A DNA stretch of 60,489 nucleotides from an uncultured Staphylococcaceae bacterium (GCA_964639215.1 CAZXCV010000007.1:6316-66804); one strand, 5' to 3'; counted from the first letter of the stretch, positions 8,472 to 19,094 are shown. A program made the numbers and translations. The notes: a model not told the origin generated them from the letters alone.

Positions 8472-9336
8472 ATTAGAGAAGCAGCTGCGAATTGAAGCGG
8501 AACGCTTACGTCCAAATGTACTTGATCAGGTATATCAAACGCTCGGGCTTGAACCACAAACCACAAGTCGACGTCCCCGCTTTTGGAGTCTCGGTCTTTT
8601 AGGAGCTGTGACGACACTAGCTCTTGCCGGTACAATCGTCATCACTGCGATTAATAAACCAATCGTTGTCAGCCAGGCTGAAACATATGTCCGTTTACAA
8701 ATTGTCCCCGCCTCAATTGCAAATGATCAAGCTGCCATCCTGCTTGCTCAAAGAGCGCCTGATGAAGCGATCGTCCCAACTTTCTCATATAAAATAAATA
8801 TTTATGGAAAAACAAGTGCGCTTGATAATGGAAAAAACAATGCGTTACACGCTGAAAATGAAGCGGCAAAAATCATTGCTAGTGGCTTAGAACTTCGAAA
8901 AACGATAAATCAAGATCCAGCCACACTTGCCGTCTCATTAACACGCCTTGCTCGCCAAGCCGGCTATCTTGAATCATATGAGATCGGCAATATCGTCCGG
9001 TTCCGTCTCAGCGGTGATGATAATAATTATCGAGCAACATTAATTGAACAAATTCGAACATCGATTCAAAATTATTTACGTGATGAACTCATCTATGGTG
9101 TAGCTACAAATGACGAAACAATGAGTCCTCCTGATTTTGCGTCATATCAAGATTTTTCAAATCAACTAAATGAATATCGTCAATCATTCGATATGCGTTG
9201 TCAGGACCATGAAGATGATGATATGCGTCGTGGACCAAACTGGGGTCAAGATATCGACACCTGGATTGAGACACATGGCGGCCATGCAAATCATAATAAA
9301 GATGCATCCGATGCTGGTCACAGTGCCGGTCGTTAA
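8458..9336 (+). CDS. putative single-pass anti-sigma factor
   Basis: It overlaps the sigma gene and starts at ATG 8458 after the AAAGGGGG RBS. One TM helix (FWSLGLLGAVTTLALAGTIVITAI) is followed by an extracytoplasmic domain and a His/Asp-rich tail. Confidence 0.55.
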   Translation: MNRRKLEKQLRIEAERLRPNVLDQVYQTLGLEPQTTSRRPRFWSLGLLGAVTTLALAGTIVITAINKPIVVSQAETYVRLQIVPASIANDQAAILLAQRAPDEAIVPTFSYKINIYGKTSALDNGKNNALHAENEAAKIIASGLELRKTINQDPATLAVSLTRLARQAGYLESYEIGNIVRFRLSGDDNNYRATLIEQIRTSIQNYLRDELIYGVATNDETMSPPDFASYQDFSNQLNEYRQSFDMRCQDHEDDDMRRGPNWGQDIDTWIETHGGHANHNKDASDAGHSAGR

Positions 9337-9482
9337 TGTTTTTTGATTAGAACCTGCGTTGTTTTCCATTTTTACGTTCAAATATATGCGTCTATGTCAT
9401 CTTTTTAAAAATGTGTGGTAAATAATATTGCATTTTAGTCCGAAATCATCATAATTTTATCTATCGCAATGAGGTAACAATT

Positions 9483-10832
9483 ATGAATGGCAATCGCTAT
9501 ACAAAAAAAGACATTATCCAATTAGCCGCTGACGAAGGCGTCCGCTTTATCCGCCTGCAATTTACCGACATGCTCGGCACGATTAAGGCGGTGGAAATTC
9601 CATCAACCCGACTCGAAGACGCCCTAAACGGCAAAATTATGTTTGATGGTTCATCAATCGAAGGATTCGTTCGTATCAAAGAAGCTGACATGTACTTACG
9701 ACCCGATATCAACTCATGGCTCATCTTAAGCTTTGAAGATATGAACTATGGGAAAGTCGCACGCCTAATTTGTGATGTTTATACCCCTTATGGGAAACCA
9801 TTTCAAGGTGATCCACGTTTCATTTTAAAACGCGCGATTAAAAAAATGAACGATATGGGAATTGCCAATTTGAACATTGGCTTTGAACCAGAATTTTTCT
9901 TATTCAAACTCGACGCCCAAGGTAATCCGAAAACGACATTACCAAATGATGATGGTGGCTATTTTGATATGGCGCCACTTGACGGTGCCGAATACGCGCG
10001 ACGTGACATCGCTCTAGAAATGGAACGACTCGGTTTCATCGTACAAACGAGTCATCATGAAGTCGCTCATGGTCAACACGAAATTAATTTTATGTTCGCC
10101 GATGTCTTGTCGGCCTGCGATAATGTCCAGACATTCAAGCAACTTGTGAAAGTCATCGCCAGACGCCATAACTTATTTGCAACTTTCATGGCGAAACCGA
10201 TTGCCACAGTCAACGGTAACGGGATGCACACCAACTGTTCGCTATCCGATGAAAACGGGAATAATCTTTTCTATGATGAAAATGACAGCATGAAATTATC
10301 GTTATTAGCGCGCAAATGGATTACGGGAATATTGAAACACGCTCGTGGTTTCGCCGCGGTCACGAATCCAACCGTCAACTCATATAAACGGCTAATCCCC
10401 GGATATGAAGCCCCTTGTTATGCTTGTTGGAGCGATGCTAACCGCAGTTCCATGATTCGAATTCCGGCCGCTCGTGGTGAAAGTACACGCACGGAAATCC
10501 GAAATGTCGATCCGATGGCAAACCCCTATCTCGCCCTCGCCGCTATCTTAATGGCGGGACTCGAAGGCATTGAGAATCAATCGAATGAAACACTACCACC
10601 AGTATATGACAACATCTTTTCCTTAACGCGAGAGCAACGTGAAGCTCAAGGCATTCCAAACTTACCCGAAAACTTAAAGGACGCGATTAAAGAACTTAAA
10701 GCTGATCCATTGATGGTTGAAACGCTCGGCGATCACACGATTAATAGATACGTCTACGCTAAAGAACTCGAGTGGGAAGAATATCGCAAGCTCATTACCG
10801 AGTGGGAACTGCGTAAATATTTATCGAACTAA
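9483..10832 (+). CDS. glnA: glutamine synthetase, type I
   Basis: 449 aa, GS-I throughout (FTDMLGTIKAVEIP, HHEVAHGQHEINF, NGNGMHTN, SYKRLIPGYEAP). Confidence 0.95.
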   Translation: MNGNRYTKKDIIQLAADEGVRFIRLQFTDMLGTIKAVEIPSTRLEDALNGKIMFDGSSIEGFVRIKEADMYLRPDINSWLILSFEDMNYGKVARLICDVYTPYGKPFQGDPRFILKRAIKKMNDMGIANLNIGFEPEFFLFKLDAQGNPKTTLPNDDGGYFDMAPLDGAEYARRDIALEMERLGFIVQTSHHEVAHGQHEINFMFADVLSACDNVQTFKQLVKVIARRHNLFATFMAKPIATVNGNGMHTNCSLSDENGNNLFYDENDSMKLSLLARKWITGILKHARGFAAVTNPTVNSYKRLIPGYEAPCYACWSDANRSSMIRIPAARGESTRTEIRNVDPMANPYLALAAILMAGLEGIENQSNETLPPVYDNIFSLTREQREAQGIPNLPENLKDAIKELKADPLMVETLGDHTINRYVYAKELEWEEYRKLITEWELRKYLSN

Positions 10833-10833
10833 A

Positions 10834-10862
10834 CAAAGAGGGTCACATGACCCTCTTTCATT
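10834..10862. terminator. bidirectional rho-independent terminator between glnA and the M6 protease gene
   Basis: The hairpin AAAGAGGGTCACATGACCCTCTTT is flanked by A/T runs on both sides, between convergent genes. Confidence 0.7.
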
Positions 10863-10865
10863 TTG

Positions 10866-12401
10866 TTAAATTTTAGTGATGGTGAGTGTGGTTTCGGTAC
10901 TACTCATTGCAGTAATTGCAATTGAATAACCAATTTGAGTTCCATCATTAAAGCGCCCCCCTGTGCGTGGGAAGAATGTTGCAAAAGTGCTGGGAGTGAA
11001 CGTATCACCTGCTTGGAAAAGCGTCGCGTTTGTTGCATAATCGTCATAATCTTTAAACGTGTTGATACCGCCTGCCTCAATGAGGTGTAACAATTTATAT
11101 TCTTCAGTCTGACTATATTCAGACGAATTACTCGCGGCAATATACGGATATGTTTCACTACTTGGTTGCGCGCGATCGGTATAACCCATAAAATGATTGT
11201 CTTCATTAGCATAAAGACCAAGGCGCGAATCAACATGATATATTTTAATGCCCGGTTCAGTAAAAGCGCGCAAATTATTGCTGGGATAACCACCAGGCAA
11301 TGAATCTTTATAATTCAAACCGGTTGGAGTATAAAATTCTATCGCGAGATATTCATCATAGGCTGAACTATTCCAACTATTGTTAATCAAAATGAAATCG
11401 CCTGATGATTCAAATGGATCGAGCGTAATTACGGTGACGTCTTGGCTCCCATCGATGACATAAGGACGGACCCAGCCAAGAATAAACTTTGAATAGGCGT
11501 TATGATCGACAACGTTGTAGTCCATCATATCGATAGCACCCGCCGCACCCCAGTCACCTTCGGTATACGTATAATAATCATCGAGTCCAAGAACATGGCC
11601 TGTCTCGTGAATATATGTGTGTGCATCAATCCCAAGGGAACCGTAGCCGTCGTACATAAAATCATAACTTGCCCAGGCATAAGTCATCGAGACTGGACTA
11701 CTGGGATTATCGTTCCCAAAGTTATCGTAATTCCAATATGTGTATGCCCAATAAATATCTTCGTACGCCTTTGGATATGTCTTATTGCGACTGCTTGGTG
11801 CGTTATAAACAAGCCAAAGGGCATCGATATAACCGTCACTGTCTTGATCATAATCTTGTAAATTAGAACTAGAATAATTTTTATACCAAGCCACGGCTTG
11901 GTCGGCCACAATCCAAGTTGGATCAAAGTATTCAAGATAATCGCTTGAAGGTCTTGAACTCAGCCCTAATTCTGCGGTTGACATATTCATTTCAAAATAC
12001 GGGGTAACGATGCCCTCAAGTGTTAACTTACCATAACTGGATTTTTCATAATAACTAGCAACTGATTCCCAGCTTGTTTCATCACTAGTTCCAAAAAATG
12101 TCGTTTGAAGATCAGCACGCCTTGCGGCACAACCACTGCCACACGGATAATCTGTGAACGACACGGGAATGACGAGCACTTTTTGGGTTCCCGTTGCTTC
12201 TAGTGAAAAAGATCCTGAGGCGTTTTTGTATTGTTCTTGGGTAATCGAATAGGCTGATGGGCGATAATAGCCACCCTCTGATTGGATTGGAATTGAGGAA
12301 TTGACACTACCACTCGAATTAGGCAGTGAAAACGTAATGTCGCAAGCGCTGAGTGCGAGTGTTAAAAGTGCTAATAGTGGTGTCAGTTTTTTATAATTCA
12401 T
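10866..12401 (-). CDS. M6-family (immune inhibitor A-like) zinc metalloprotease lipoprotein
   Basis: It has a signal peptide with a lipobox (LTLALSAC) and the zinc motif HETGHVLGLDDYY. Confidence 0.75.
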   Translation of the reverse strand: MNYKKLTPLLALLTLALSACDITFSLPNSSGSVNSSIPIQSEGGYYRPSAYSITQEQYKNASGSFSLEATGTQKVLVIPVSFTDYPCGSGCAARRADLQTTFFGTSDETSWESVASYYEKSSYGKLTLEGIVTPYFEMNMSTAELGLSSRPSSDYLEYFDPTWIVADQAVAWYKNYSSSNLQDYDQDSDGYIDALWLVYNAPSSRNKTYPKAYEDIYWAYTYWNYDNFGNDNPSSPVSMTYAWASYDFMYDGYGSLGIDAHTYIHETGHVLGLDDYYTYTEGDWGAAGAIDMMDYNVVDHNAYSKFILGWVRPYVIDGSQDVTVITLDPFESSGDFILINNSWNSSAYDEYLAIEFYTPTGLNYKDSLPGGYPSNNLRAFTEPGIKIYHVDSRLGLYANEDNHFMGYTDRAQPSSETYPYIAASNSSEYSQTEEYKLLHLIEAGGINTFKDYDDYATNATLFQAGDTFTPSTFATFFPRTGGRFNDGTQIGYSIAITAMSSTETTLTITKI

Positions 12402-12485
12402 AATGCGAAACTTTCATGTAAAACAAAATATTTTATGGCTTATTTTACCATAGTACATATTTGTATATGTAAATATTGCAATTAT

Positions 12486-13709
12486 TTAGAAAGCCCAGCT
12501 ACCGTGTTTGAAAATTTGGATACGCTGTCCGTCTTTTGTATAACCAACGATATCAAGATCGCGTGTGCCAATCATGAAATCGACATGAATCATCGATTCG
12601 TTGACTCCTAATGCTTTAAAGTCTTCTTGTTTCATCTTTTCAAATCCTTTAACGGCATTAGAGAAACCACGACCTAGAGCAAAATGGCACGCGGCATTTT
12701 CATCAAATAACGTGTTATAAAAGAGGACGCCGCTTTTGCGAATTGGCGATTCATAAGGCACTAAAGCAACTTCACCGAGCATCGAAGCACCCTCGTCCAT
12801 CTTCACCATTTGTTCTAATAACGATTGATTGCGTTTGGCGGCCACTTCGCTTACCTTACCATCTTTAAAGGTGACTGAGAAATCTTCAATCAGTTCGCCA
12901 CGATAACTGAGTGGCATCGAAGCGACAATTTTTCCTTCAGCTTTTCCACGCATCGGGGTCGTAAATGTTTCTTCGGTTGGCATATTCGGATTAAAGAAGA
13001 CGCCCTTTAATGTTTTTTCGCCACCGCCCAACCATTGTGATTCGTTCATTAACCAAACTTTAAAATCGGTGCCAAGTTCTGATTTATAATGCAAGTGATC
13101 AAGTTTTAAACTATTGAGATAATCGCACCGTTTCTGAATATCGGCGTTGTGTTCTTTCCATGCTTTAATCGGATTATCAGTAATCCGGGTTGAAGTTAAA
13201 ATTGCATCCCACAAAGCTGCCACTGCTTTCTTTTTTGGCAAATCTGGAAATACTTTTTGCGCCCAAGCTTCACCAGGTACCGCAACAATCGTCCACTGAT
13301 ATTTATTATCCATTGCGTCATGGAATGGTTTAAAAATCGGATATCGTTTCATTTGTGCTTGTGTCATTTTTGCTTGGTCAATGCCTTTTAATCCATCCGG
13401 ATCTTGACTGGCAATGTGTATCATGACTGGTAATTTGTCGACATAATGCTGCATCCGAGCTTTTTGCCATTCGGTCACGTCAGATAGCGCCTCTAAACTC
13501 ATATAATTGGCGTTTAATCGCGTTAATGGCAAATAATTCCATTCAACGGTGACAGTTCGAGCGCCGGCTTTATAAGCTTCCTCGACAACCATCATCACAA
13601 ATTCAGGTTGATCGAAAGCGGCATGAACGAGCACGTCTTGCCCTTTACGCACGTTTCCGCCCATCTTGACGACTAACTTCGCAAATTTTTTTATTTGACT
13701 CTTTTTCAT
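12486..13709 (-). CDS. M29-family aminopeptidase (AmpS/PepS-like)
   Basis: 407 aa with an N-terminus (FAKLVVKMGGNVRKGQDV) and overall layout typical of aminopeptidase II/PepS. Confidence 0.8.
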   Translation of the reverse strand: MKKSQIKKFAKLVVKMGGNVRKGQDVLVHAAFDQPEFVMMVVEEAYKAGARTVTVEWNYLPLTRLNANYMSLEALSDVTEWQKARMQHYVDKLPVMIHIASQDPDGLKGIDQAKMTQAQMKRYPIFKPFHDAMDNKYQWTIVAVPGEAWAQKVFPDLPKKKAVAALWDAILTSTRITDNPIKAWKEHNADIQKRCDYLNSLKLDHLHYKSELGTDFKVWLMNESQWLGGGEKTLKGVFFNPNMPTEETFTTPMRGKAEGKIVASMPLSYRGELIEDFSVTFKDGKVSEVAAKRNQSLLEQMVKMDEGASMLGEVALVPYESPIRKSGVLFYNTLFDENAACHFALGRGFSNAVKGFEKMKQEDFKALGVNESMIHVDFMIGTRDLDIVGYTKDGQRIQIFKHGSWAF

Positions 13710-13791
13710 GGTAAACTCCTTATGTAAGTATTACTTTCATTATTTTAACGAGATTACTAGCAATTACCAACACATATGAGGTGAAAATATC

Positions 13792-14355
13792 GTGAAAAGC
13801 ACACATTTAAAAATCGGGATTTCAATCTTACTCATCATCTTTGGCATTGCGTTAATGGTGTGGCCTTCATTTGTTTATGGTATCGCCACATACATTCTTG
13901 GTGCTGGTCTAATCCTCAATGGATTAATTTTGATTTATGATTATATTCAAACTTCAAAATCCGTGAAAGAGCGTCCATATACGATTGTGGGCGCGATAGC
14001 ATTCATCCTTACGGGATTGGCAATGCTCATCATTCCCGTTAATTGGATTCAATTAGCGCTCGGTCTCGTCATCGCCATTGGTTTGCTGCTCATGAGTATT
14101 GGAACCGTCAGTCGTGCCATCTTGGAACGAAGTCATAGTGATAGCTGGATTATTCGCCTACTCGTCGGTATGATTCTTTTTCTTGGAAGTGTCATTGTCT
14201 TCTCACGCATCAATCAAGCTGGCGATGCTTTGGCATTTGTCATCGGCGGCGTTGCTATTTATGTTGGTATTAGTAACCTTCTTGGCACCGTGCTCATTAA
14301 AACCAAGACCAAAAAAGATTCTAATCACATCGATATTGATTTCAGTAAAAAATGA
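13792..14355 (+). CDS. HdeD/DUF308-family membrane protein
   Basis: 187 aa with repeated paired TM helices. It has a GTG start after GAGGTG. Confidence 0.5.
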   Translation: MKSTHLKIGISILLIIFGIALMVWPSFVYGIATYILGAGLILNGLILIYDYIQTSKSVKERPYTIVGAIAFILTGLAMLIIPVNWIQLALGLVIAIGLLLMSIGTVSRAILERSHSDSWIIRLLVGMILFLGSVIVFSRINQAGDALAFVIGGVAIYVGISNLLGTVLIKTKTKKDSNHIDIDFSKK

Positions 14356-14365
14356 ATTCAGCTAA

Positions 14366-14968
14366 TTAGCTGTTATCTTTTAATAAATAATTAGTCAATT
14401 CTTGAAACTGCGGTAACGTTTCACACCACTGGCAGAATTCACGCCATTCAATCAGTTTATGATTACGACGTTGGAAATACATCGTTTTTAATTGTTGGTA
14501 ATTTGTCGTCATCGTAGCCCCAAGGCAAAATCCTGATGGTAACGAGGCAACAATCGTGCGCCACATTTCTTTCCGATCATCATTATCTTCATTTATCGCA
14601 TGATACTGATCAATCAATGACTGGACAAGTTTGATGACATCAGGATGCGTACTTTCGACGCATTGATCAACAAGTGAAAATTTTAACAAGCAATGCATCG
14701 TTGATTGACTCGAAACGAAATCAAACCAATGATACCGCTGAGCTTGTTTCCACCAATATAATGGTGCCATCACGTGCATTTGCACGATGATGCCCTTTAA
14801 AAAATTATCATGCCCTTCGCCATTACGCGTTTGGCCAAGTCGGGAAGCTCGCGCATAATCCTTATCTTCAAGCGGACCAGTTTCAATGACTGTGCGCATT
14901 GGATTACCACTCGCTTTAATCGCTTTTTCAAGCCCATAAACCTCGGTTCCCGTGATCTTAAATTCCAT
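14366..14968 (-). CDS. ThyX (Thy1)-fold protein with a degenerate catalytic motif
   Basis: About 200 aa. EGHDNFLKGIIVQMHVMAPLYWWKQAQRYHWFDFVSSQST aligns, from my memory of the sequence, with T. maritima ThyX [41 protein letters not shown]. However, RHR becomes RYH, and the downstream Ser/Arg are not conserved. The start ATG at 14968 overlaps the folD stop by 11 nt. Confidence 0.45.
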   Translation of the reverse strand: MEFKITGTEVYGLEKAIKASGNPMRTVIETGPLEDKDYARASRLGQTRNGEGHDNFLKGIIVQMHVMAPLYWWKQAQRYHWFDFVSSQSTMHCLLKFSLVDQCVESTHPDVIKLVQSLIDQYHAINEDNDDRKEMWRTIVASLPSGFCLGATMTTNYQQLKTMYFQRRNHKLIEWREFCQWCETLPQFQELTNYLLKDNS

Positions 14969-15749
14969 GACGATACGCCTCCCAAACATTTTGTAATAAC
15001 GCTAACCGTGTCAATAGTCCAATCCCACCAGGTACCGGTGTTTGCAGTTGCACTTTTAGCCCAGGGCGAGCATCGCCATAAAGGACGCCTTCGTGCCGAT
15101 TGATGCCGACATCAATTACAATCGCTGATGGTTTCAATGGCTGCGTGTCAAGAAACCATTTTTTTCCAACAGCAACACACACAAGATCGGCATGGATCAG
15201 GTAATAGCTTAAATCATCTAATGTCGTCTTTGAATGAAGCAAGGTAACATTTGCGTTTTTATTTGTTAAATAGCTCGCTAGTGGTCTACCAACAATATTT
15301 GATCGACCAATAACCACGGCGTTTTTGCCGCTAAAATCAAAGCCATAATCAGTTAAATAGTCAATAATTCCTTTGGGGGTACATGTTTGTAATTCACTAA
15401 GAGGATGAAAACCGTCAACATCTTTGCTGGGAAAGATTGCAACCTTAACGGCTTCCTCGCGAATGTGTTTAGGAAGTGGCATTTGCACGATGATTCCATG
15501 AACTGATGGATCTTGATTAAATAATTTAATCGTGGCTAATAGTTCGGCTTCACTCGTAGTAATCGGTAACTTAATATGTGTGGCGAAAATTCCGACGTCA
15601 TGACAGTCGCTTAATTTTCCACGAATATATGTGTCTGAGGCTGGATCATCATTTGCTTGGATAATGACAAGGTGTGGTTCAGCACCAGCGGTTTTGATTT
15701 GTTTTTCTAATTCTTTTTTCTTCTGGCTAACATATGTTTTTATTTCCAT
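14958..15749 (-). CDS. folD: bifunctional methylene-THF dehydrogenase / methenyl-THF cyclohydrolase
   Basis: Motifs: SDTYIRGK, GIIVQMPLP, DVDGFHP, CTPKG, GRSNIVGRP, PGGIG. The start was chosen at the second ATG (15749), 7 nt after GAGGT. Confidence 0.9.
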   Translation of the reverse strand: MEIKTYVSQKKKELEKQIKTAGAEPHLVIIQANDDPASDTYIRGKLSDCHDVGIFATHIKLPITTSEAELLATIKLFNQDPSVHGIIVQMPLPKHIREEAVKVAIFPSKDVDGFHPLSELQTCTPKGIIDYLTDYGFDFSGKNAVVIGRSNIVGRPLASYLTNKNANVTLLHSKTTLDDLSYYLIHADLVCVAVGKKWFLDTQPLKPSAIVIDVGINRHEGVLYGDARPGLKVQLQTPVPGGIGLLTRLALLQNVWEAYRHGI

Positions 15750-15805
15750 TGTCATACCTCAAATCGATAGCATTATAACACGCGGTATCATGATACCGCA
15801 GCGAT

Positions 15806-15834
15806 AAATAAAAAAAGAGCCAATGAAGGCTCTT
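15806..15834 (-). terminator. rho-independent terminator after secG
   Basis: On the minus strand the stem AAGAGCC / GGCTCTT is followed by TTTTTTTAT. Confidence 0.65.
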
Positions 15835-15856
15835 GACTAATTTCAAGCAAACGTTA

Positions 15857-16096
15857 TTAAGCTGGAACGACTGCTAATGCATTAACAAGTAGCGCCAGCA
15901 TGAAGAAGACAACCGCAAAGCCAAACGTTAGCCACGAAATGAATAACTCACTGCCACGTTCCTTGGTTTTCACGAAAATATTGAGACCACTACCAGTAAT
16001 CGCTCCTGACGCACCTTCAGATTTACCACCTTGTAATAATGATAAGATAATGACGATGATCGCAACGATCAAGAAGATAATATCCAATGCACCCAT
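15857..16096 (-). CDS. secG: preprotein translocase subunit SecG
   Basis: 79 aa with two TM helices, the Gly-rich loop LLQGGKSEGASGAITGSG and a GGAGG RBS. Confidence 0.85.
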   Translation of the reverse strand: MGALDIIFLIVAIIVIILSLLQGGKSEGASGAITGSGLNIFVKTKERGSELFISWLTFGFAVVFFMLALLVNALAVVPA

Positions 16097-16186
16097 AATT
16101 TAACCTCCAATAGAAACCACTTAATTCAAAGCAAGTTACATTTTACCATTTAATACATAAATATAAAGAAAAAACTCATCGTAATA

Positions 16187-18166
16187 TTATTTAATATTAT
16201 ATTCGCTTTTAAGATCAAACATAATGTCGCGAATTTTTGCGGCACTTTCAAAGTCAAATTGTTTGGCAGCATCGCGCATTTGCCGTTCAAGTTCTTTGAC
16301 GCGTTTTTCAATTTCACTGCGTGGAGCTTTGCCGATGACAGTTGCCAATTCTCCAAGTTTGTCATCAATCGCGTGAATCGGTCGCTGAATATCCTTGACG
16401 ATCGTCGTTGGAATAATCCCGTTGACATCGTTGTAGTCTAGTTGAATATCGCGTCGACGATTAGTTTCATCAATCGCGGCTTGCATTGACGCTGTGATTT
16501 TATCAGCATACATGATGACGTGGCCATTGACATTACGAGCGGCACGCCCAATTACTTGAATTAGTGATCGCGTTGAACGAAGAAAACCTTCCTTATCAGC
16601 ATCAAGAATGGCAATCAGGGAAACTTCAGGAATATCAAGTCCTTCACGTAGCAGGTTAATGCCGACGAGCACGTCATATTTACCCCTGCGGAGTTGATAG
16701 AGAATCTCGGTTCGTTCAAGTGTTTTCGTCTCATTGTGCATATAGACAACTTTCATATTTCGATGCTTGAGAAACGAGGTTAAATCTTCAGCCATTCGAA
16801 TCGTCAGCGTAACAATCATCGTCCGTTCGTTATTTTGAACACGTTTATTGATTTCATTCATCAAATCATCGATTTGACCAAGTGAAGGTCGGATTGAAAT
16901 CGTTGGATCGACAAGACCGGTCGGGCGAATAATTTGTTCAATGACATGTCCACCGCATTTTTCTAGTTCATAATCACCCGGCGTCGCACTCGTGCAAATC
17001 ACGTGTGGCATTAATGCTTCAAATTCATCATATCTAAGTGGGCGATTATCAAGCGCTGATGGAAGTCGAAAGCCGTATTCAACTAATGTCGTTTTACGAC
17101 TGCGGTCGCCATTATACATCCCTCGAACTTGGGGAAAAGTGACGTGTGATTCGTCAACTACGAGAAGAAAATCGGACGGAAAGTAATCAATCAGGCAAAA
17201 TGGTCGCGATCCTTCCGCTCGCTTGTCGATGTGTCGCGTATAGTTTTCAATCCCGGGACAAGTGCCGAATTCTTGCATCGATTCAATATCTTGTTTCGTG
17301 CGCATTTCAAGTCGTTGGGCTTCTAATAATTTGTTGTTTTCTTCAAAATATTTTAAGCGTTCGATTAATTCTAATGAAATCGTGTGGCAAGCATCGAGAA
17401 CACGCTGATGGGTTGAGGCGTGGGTGTAGGCGGGGAAAATATAATAAATATTGTAGCTTCGGCGAACTTCACCGGTCGTGAGATCCACTTCGGCAATCCG
17501 TTCTATTTCATCACCAAACATGTCAATTTTTAGCGCGATGTCATCGCTGCTTGCAGGTGCAATTTCGATGATGTCACCACGAACGCGAAAGGTTCCTGGC
17601 GCTAAATCGAGATTGTTGCGTTTATACTGTCCATCAATTAAAGCCTTAAATAGTTTTTTGCGATTAATCGTTTCACCAACACGAATGAAAAACACGAGTT
17701 TTTTGTACTCTTCAGGATCTGTTAAACCATAGATTGAGGCAACTGAGGCAACGATAATCGTATCGCGCCGCTCGACGAGTGAATTAATAGCACTCGTGCG
17801 CAGCATTTCAATCTCCTCATTCATTAAGGCGCTTTTTTCAATATAGGTGTCTGATTTTGGTAAATAGGCTTCCGGTTGATAAAAATCGAAGTTTGAAACG
17901 AAATATTCAACGCGATTATGTGGAAAAAGCTCCTTAAACTCACCATATAATTGTCCCGCCAACGTTTTATTGTGAACGAGCACCAATGTTGGTTTTTGGA
18001 CCGTTTGAATCACATTGGCAATTGTAAAAGTTTTCCCGGTTCCCGTCGCTCCTAAGAGCACTTGCATCCTAGCGTTATCGTTAATGCCTTGAACTAATTG
18101 CTCAATTGCTTGGGGCTGATCGCCAGTTGGTTTATACGTCGTGACGATTTGAAACTTTGTTGTCAT
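16187..18166 (-). CDS. uvrB: excinuclease ABC subunit B
   Basis: It has the canonical start [21 protein letters not shown], Walker A GATGTGKT, helicase motifs and a C-terminal UVR domain. The ORF-track N-terminal extension overlaps the yitT-like gene and was trimmed. Confidence 0.95.
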   Translation of the reverse strand: MTTKFQIVTTYKPTGDQPQAIEQLVQGINDNARMQVLLGATGTGKTFTIANVIQTVQKPTLVLVHNKTLAGQLYGEFKELFPHNRVEYFVSNFDFYQPEAYLPKSDTYIEKSALMNEEIEMLRTSAINSLVERRDTIIVASVASIYGLTDPEEYKKLVFFIRVGETINRKKLFKALIDGQYKRNNLDLAPGTFRVRGDIIEIAPASSDDIALKIDMFGDEIERIAEVDLTTGEVRRSYNIYYIFPAYTHASTHQRVLDACHTISLELIERLKYFEENNKLLEAQRLEMRTKQDIESMQEFGTCPGIENYTRHIDKRAEGSRPFCLIDYFPSDFLLVVDESHVTFPQVRGMYNGDRSRKTTLVEYGFRLPSALDNRPLRYDEFEALMPHVICTSATPGDYELEKCGGHVIEQIIRPTGLVDPTISIRPSLGQIDDLMNEINKRVQNNERTMIVTLTIRMAEDLTSFLKHRNMKVVYMHNETKTLERTEILYQLRRGKYDVLVGINLLREGLDIPEVSLIAILDADKEGFLRSTRSLIQVIGRAARNVNGHVIMYADKITASMQAAIDETNRRRDIQLDYNDVNGIIPTTIVKDIQRPIHAIDDKLGELATVIGKAPRSEIEKRVKELERQMRDAAKQFDFESAAKIRDIMFDLKSEYNIK

Positions 18167-19094
18167 TCGTTGCTTTTCTTTTTTTCTTGGCGAGATTGAT
18201 TGACCGTTGCGGAAATGGTTCAAAACCATATCCGTTGATCGATTTGACATTTGTGAAAATGGCAAATGCTTTTGGATCAGTGTGCGCGATAAAGTCTTTG
18301 AGTTTGATTAACTCTTTACGATCAAACGCGACTTGAATCATTTGATAATTTGCGCTCGTTAGTCCGCCCTTAACTGGAATTATCGTTGAGCCACGTTCGA
18401 GGTCGTGCAAGATAAATTCATTAATATCTTCCCACTTGGTCGAGATAATCGTGCCGAGAAACGATGATGATAATCCGATAAAAACGACCTCAATCACAAA
18501 CGCCGAAATAAAGGCAGAAATAATCCCATATAAACCTGTCATTATACCAATGGCAAACATGCCGCCGATGATAATTCCGGCATCGATCAAAAACGCGGTA
18601 ATTGATTGTTTGATGTCAAAATATTTTTTAAGGATGAAATAAATGACGTCAACGCCACCAGTCGAACCACCCGAAAGAAACGTGATGGCAACACCTAAAC
18701 CTAAGAGTGCTCCACCAAAAATACCGGCTAATAATGTATGCATTTCTTTTGTTTCAGCACTTAAAAAATCAAAACCGAGCGGATTGTAGGGTACGAGTCG
18801 CAATAAGATCGTCAAGGCTAACGGATATACAATCGTAGCAATCAGCGTATTCACTGAAAACTTCCATCCTAAAAAGAAAAGACCAATGAAAAACAGCACA
18901 ATTGATAAAATAGCGACCGTCAAGTCGACGGGGAATTGTAAAACAGCTAATAAAATGATGGCAATACCAGAAAGCCCACCGTTAATCACATTGCCTGGTA
19001 CGAGAAAAAAGGCGGTACTAATTGCTATCACGAGGCTGCCAAACGCGATGAAAAACCAATTTTTAATCGTTTGGATGCGATCAGCGCGCGTCAT
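18132..19094 (-). CDS. YitT-family membrane protein (with C-terminal DUF2179-like domain)
   Basis: It has multi-TM YitT repeats and a C-terminal soluble domain. The start was chosen at ATG 19094 (GGGAG upstream), just after the prfB stop. Confidence 0.7.
   Translation of the reverse strand: MTRADRIQTIKNWFFIAFGSLVIAISTAFFLVPGNVINGGLSGIAIILLAVLQFPVDLTVAILSIVLFFIGLFFLGWKFSVNTLIATIVYPLALTILLRLVPYNPLGFDFLSAETKEMHTLLAGIFGGALLGLGVAITFLSGGSTGGVDVIYFILKKYFDIKQSITAFLIDAGIIIGGMFAIGIMTGLYGIISAFISAFVIEVVFIGLSSSFLGTIISTKWEDINEFILHDLERGSTIIPVKGGLTSANYQMIQVAFDRKELIKLKDFIAHTDPKAFAIFTNVKSINGYGFEPFPQRSINLAKKKRKATNDNKVSNRHDV

Noticed and set aside
9337-9482. A GlnR/TnrA operator (TGTNA-N7-TNACA) upstream of glnA.
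   Set aside because: Several TGT-containing segments are present, but none fits the 17-bp inverted-repeat consensus. The evidence is insufficient for a call.
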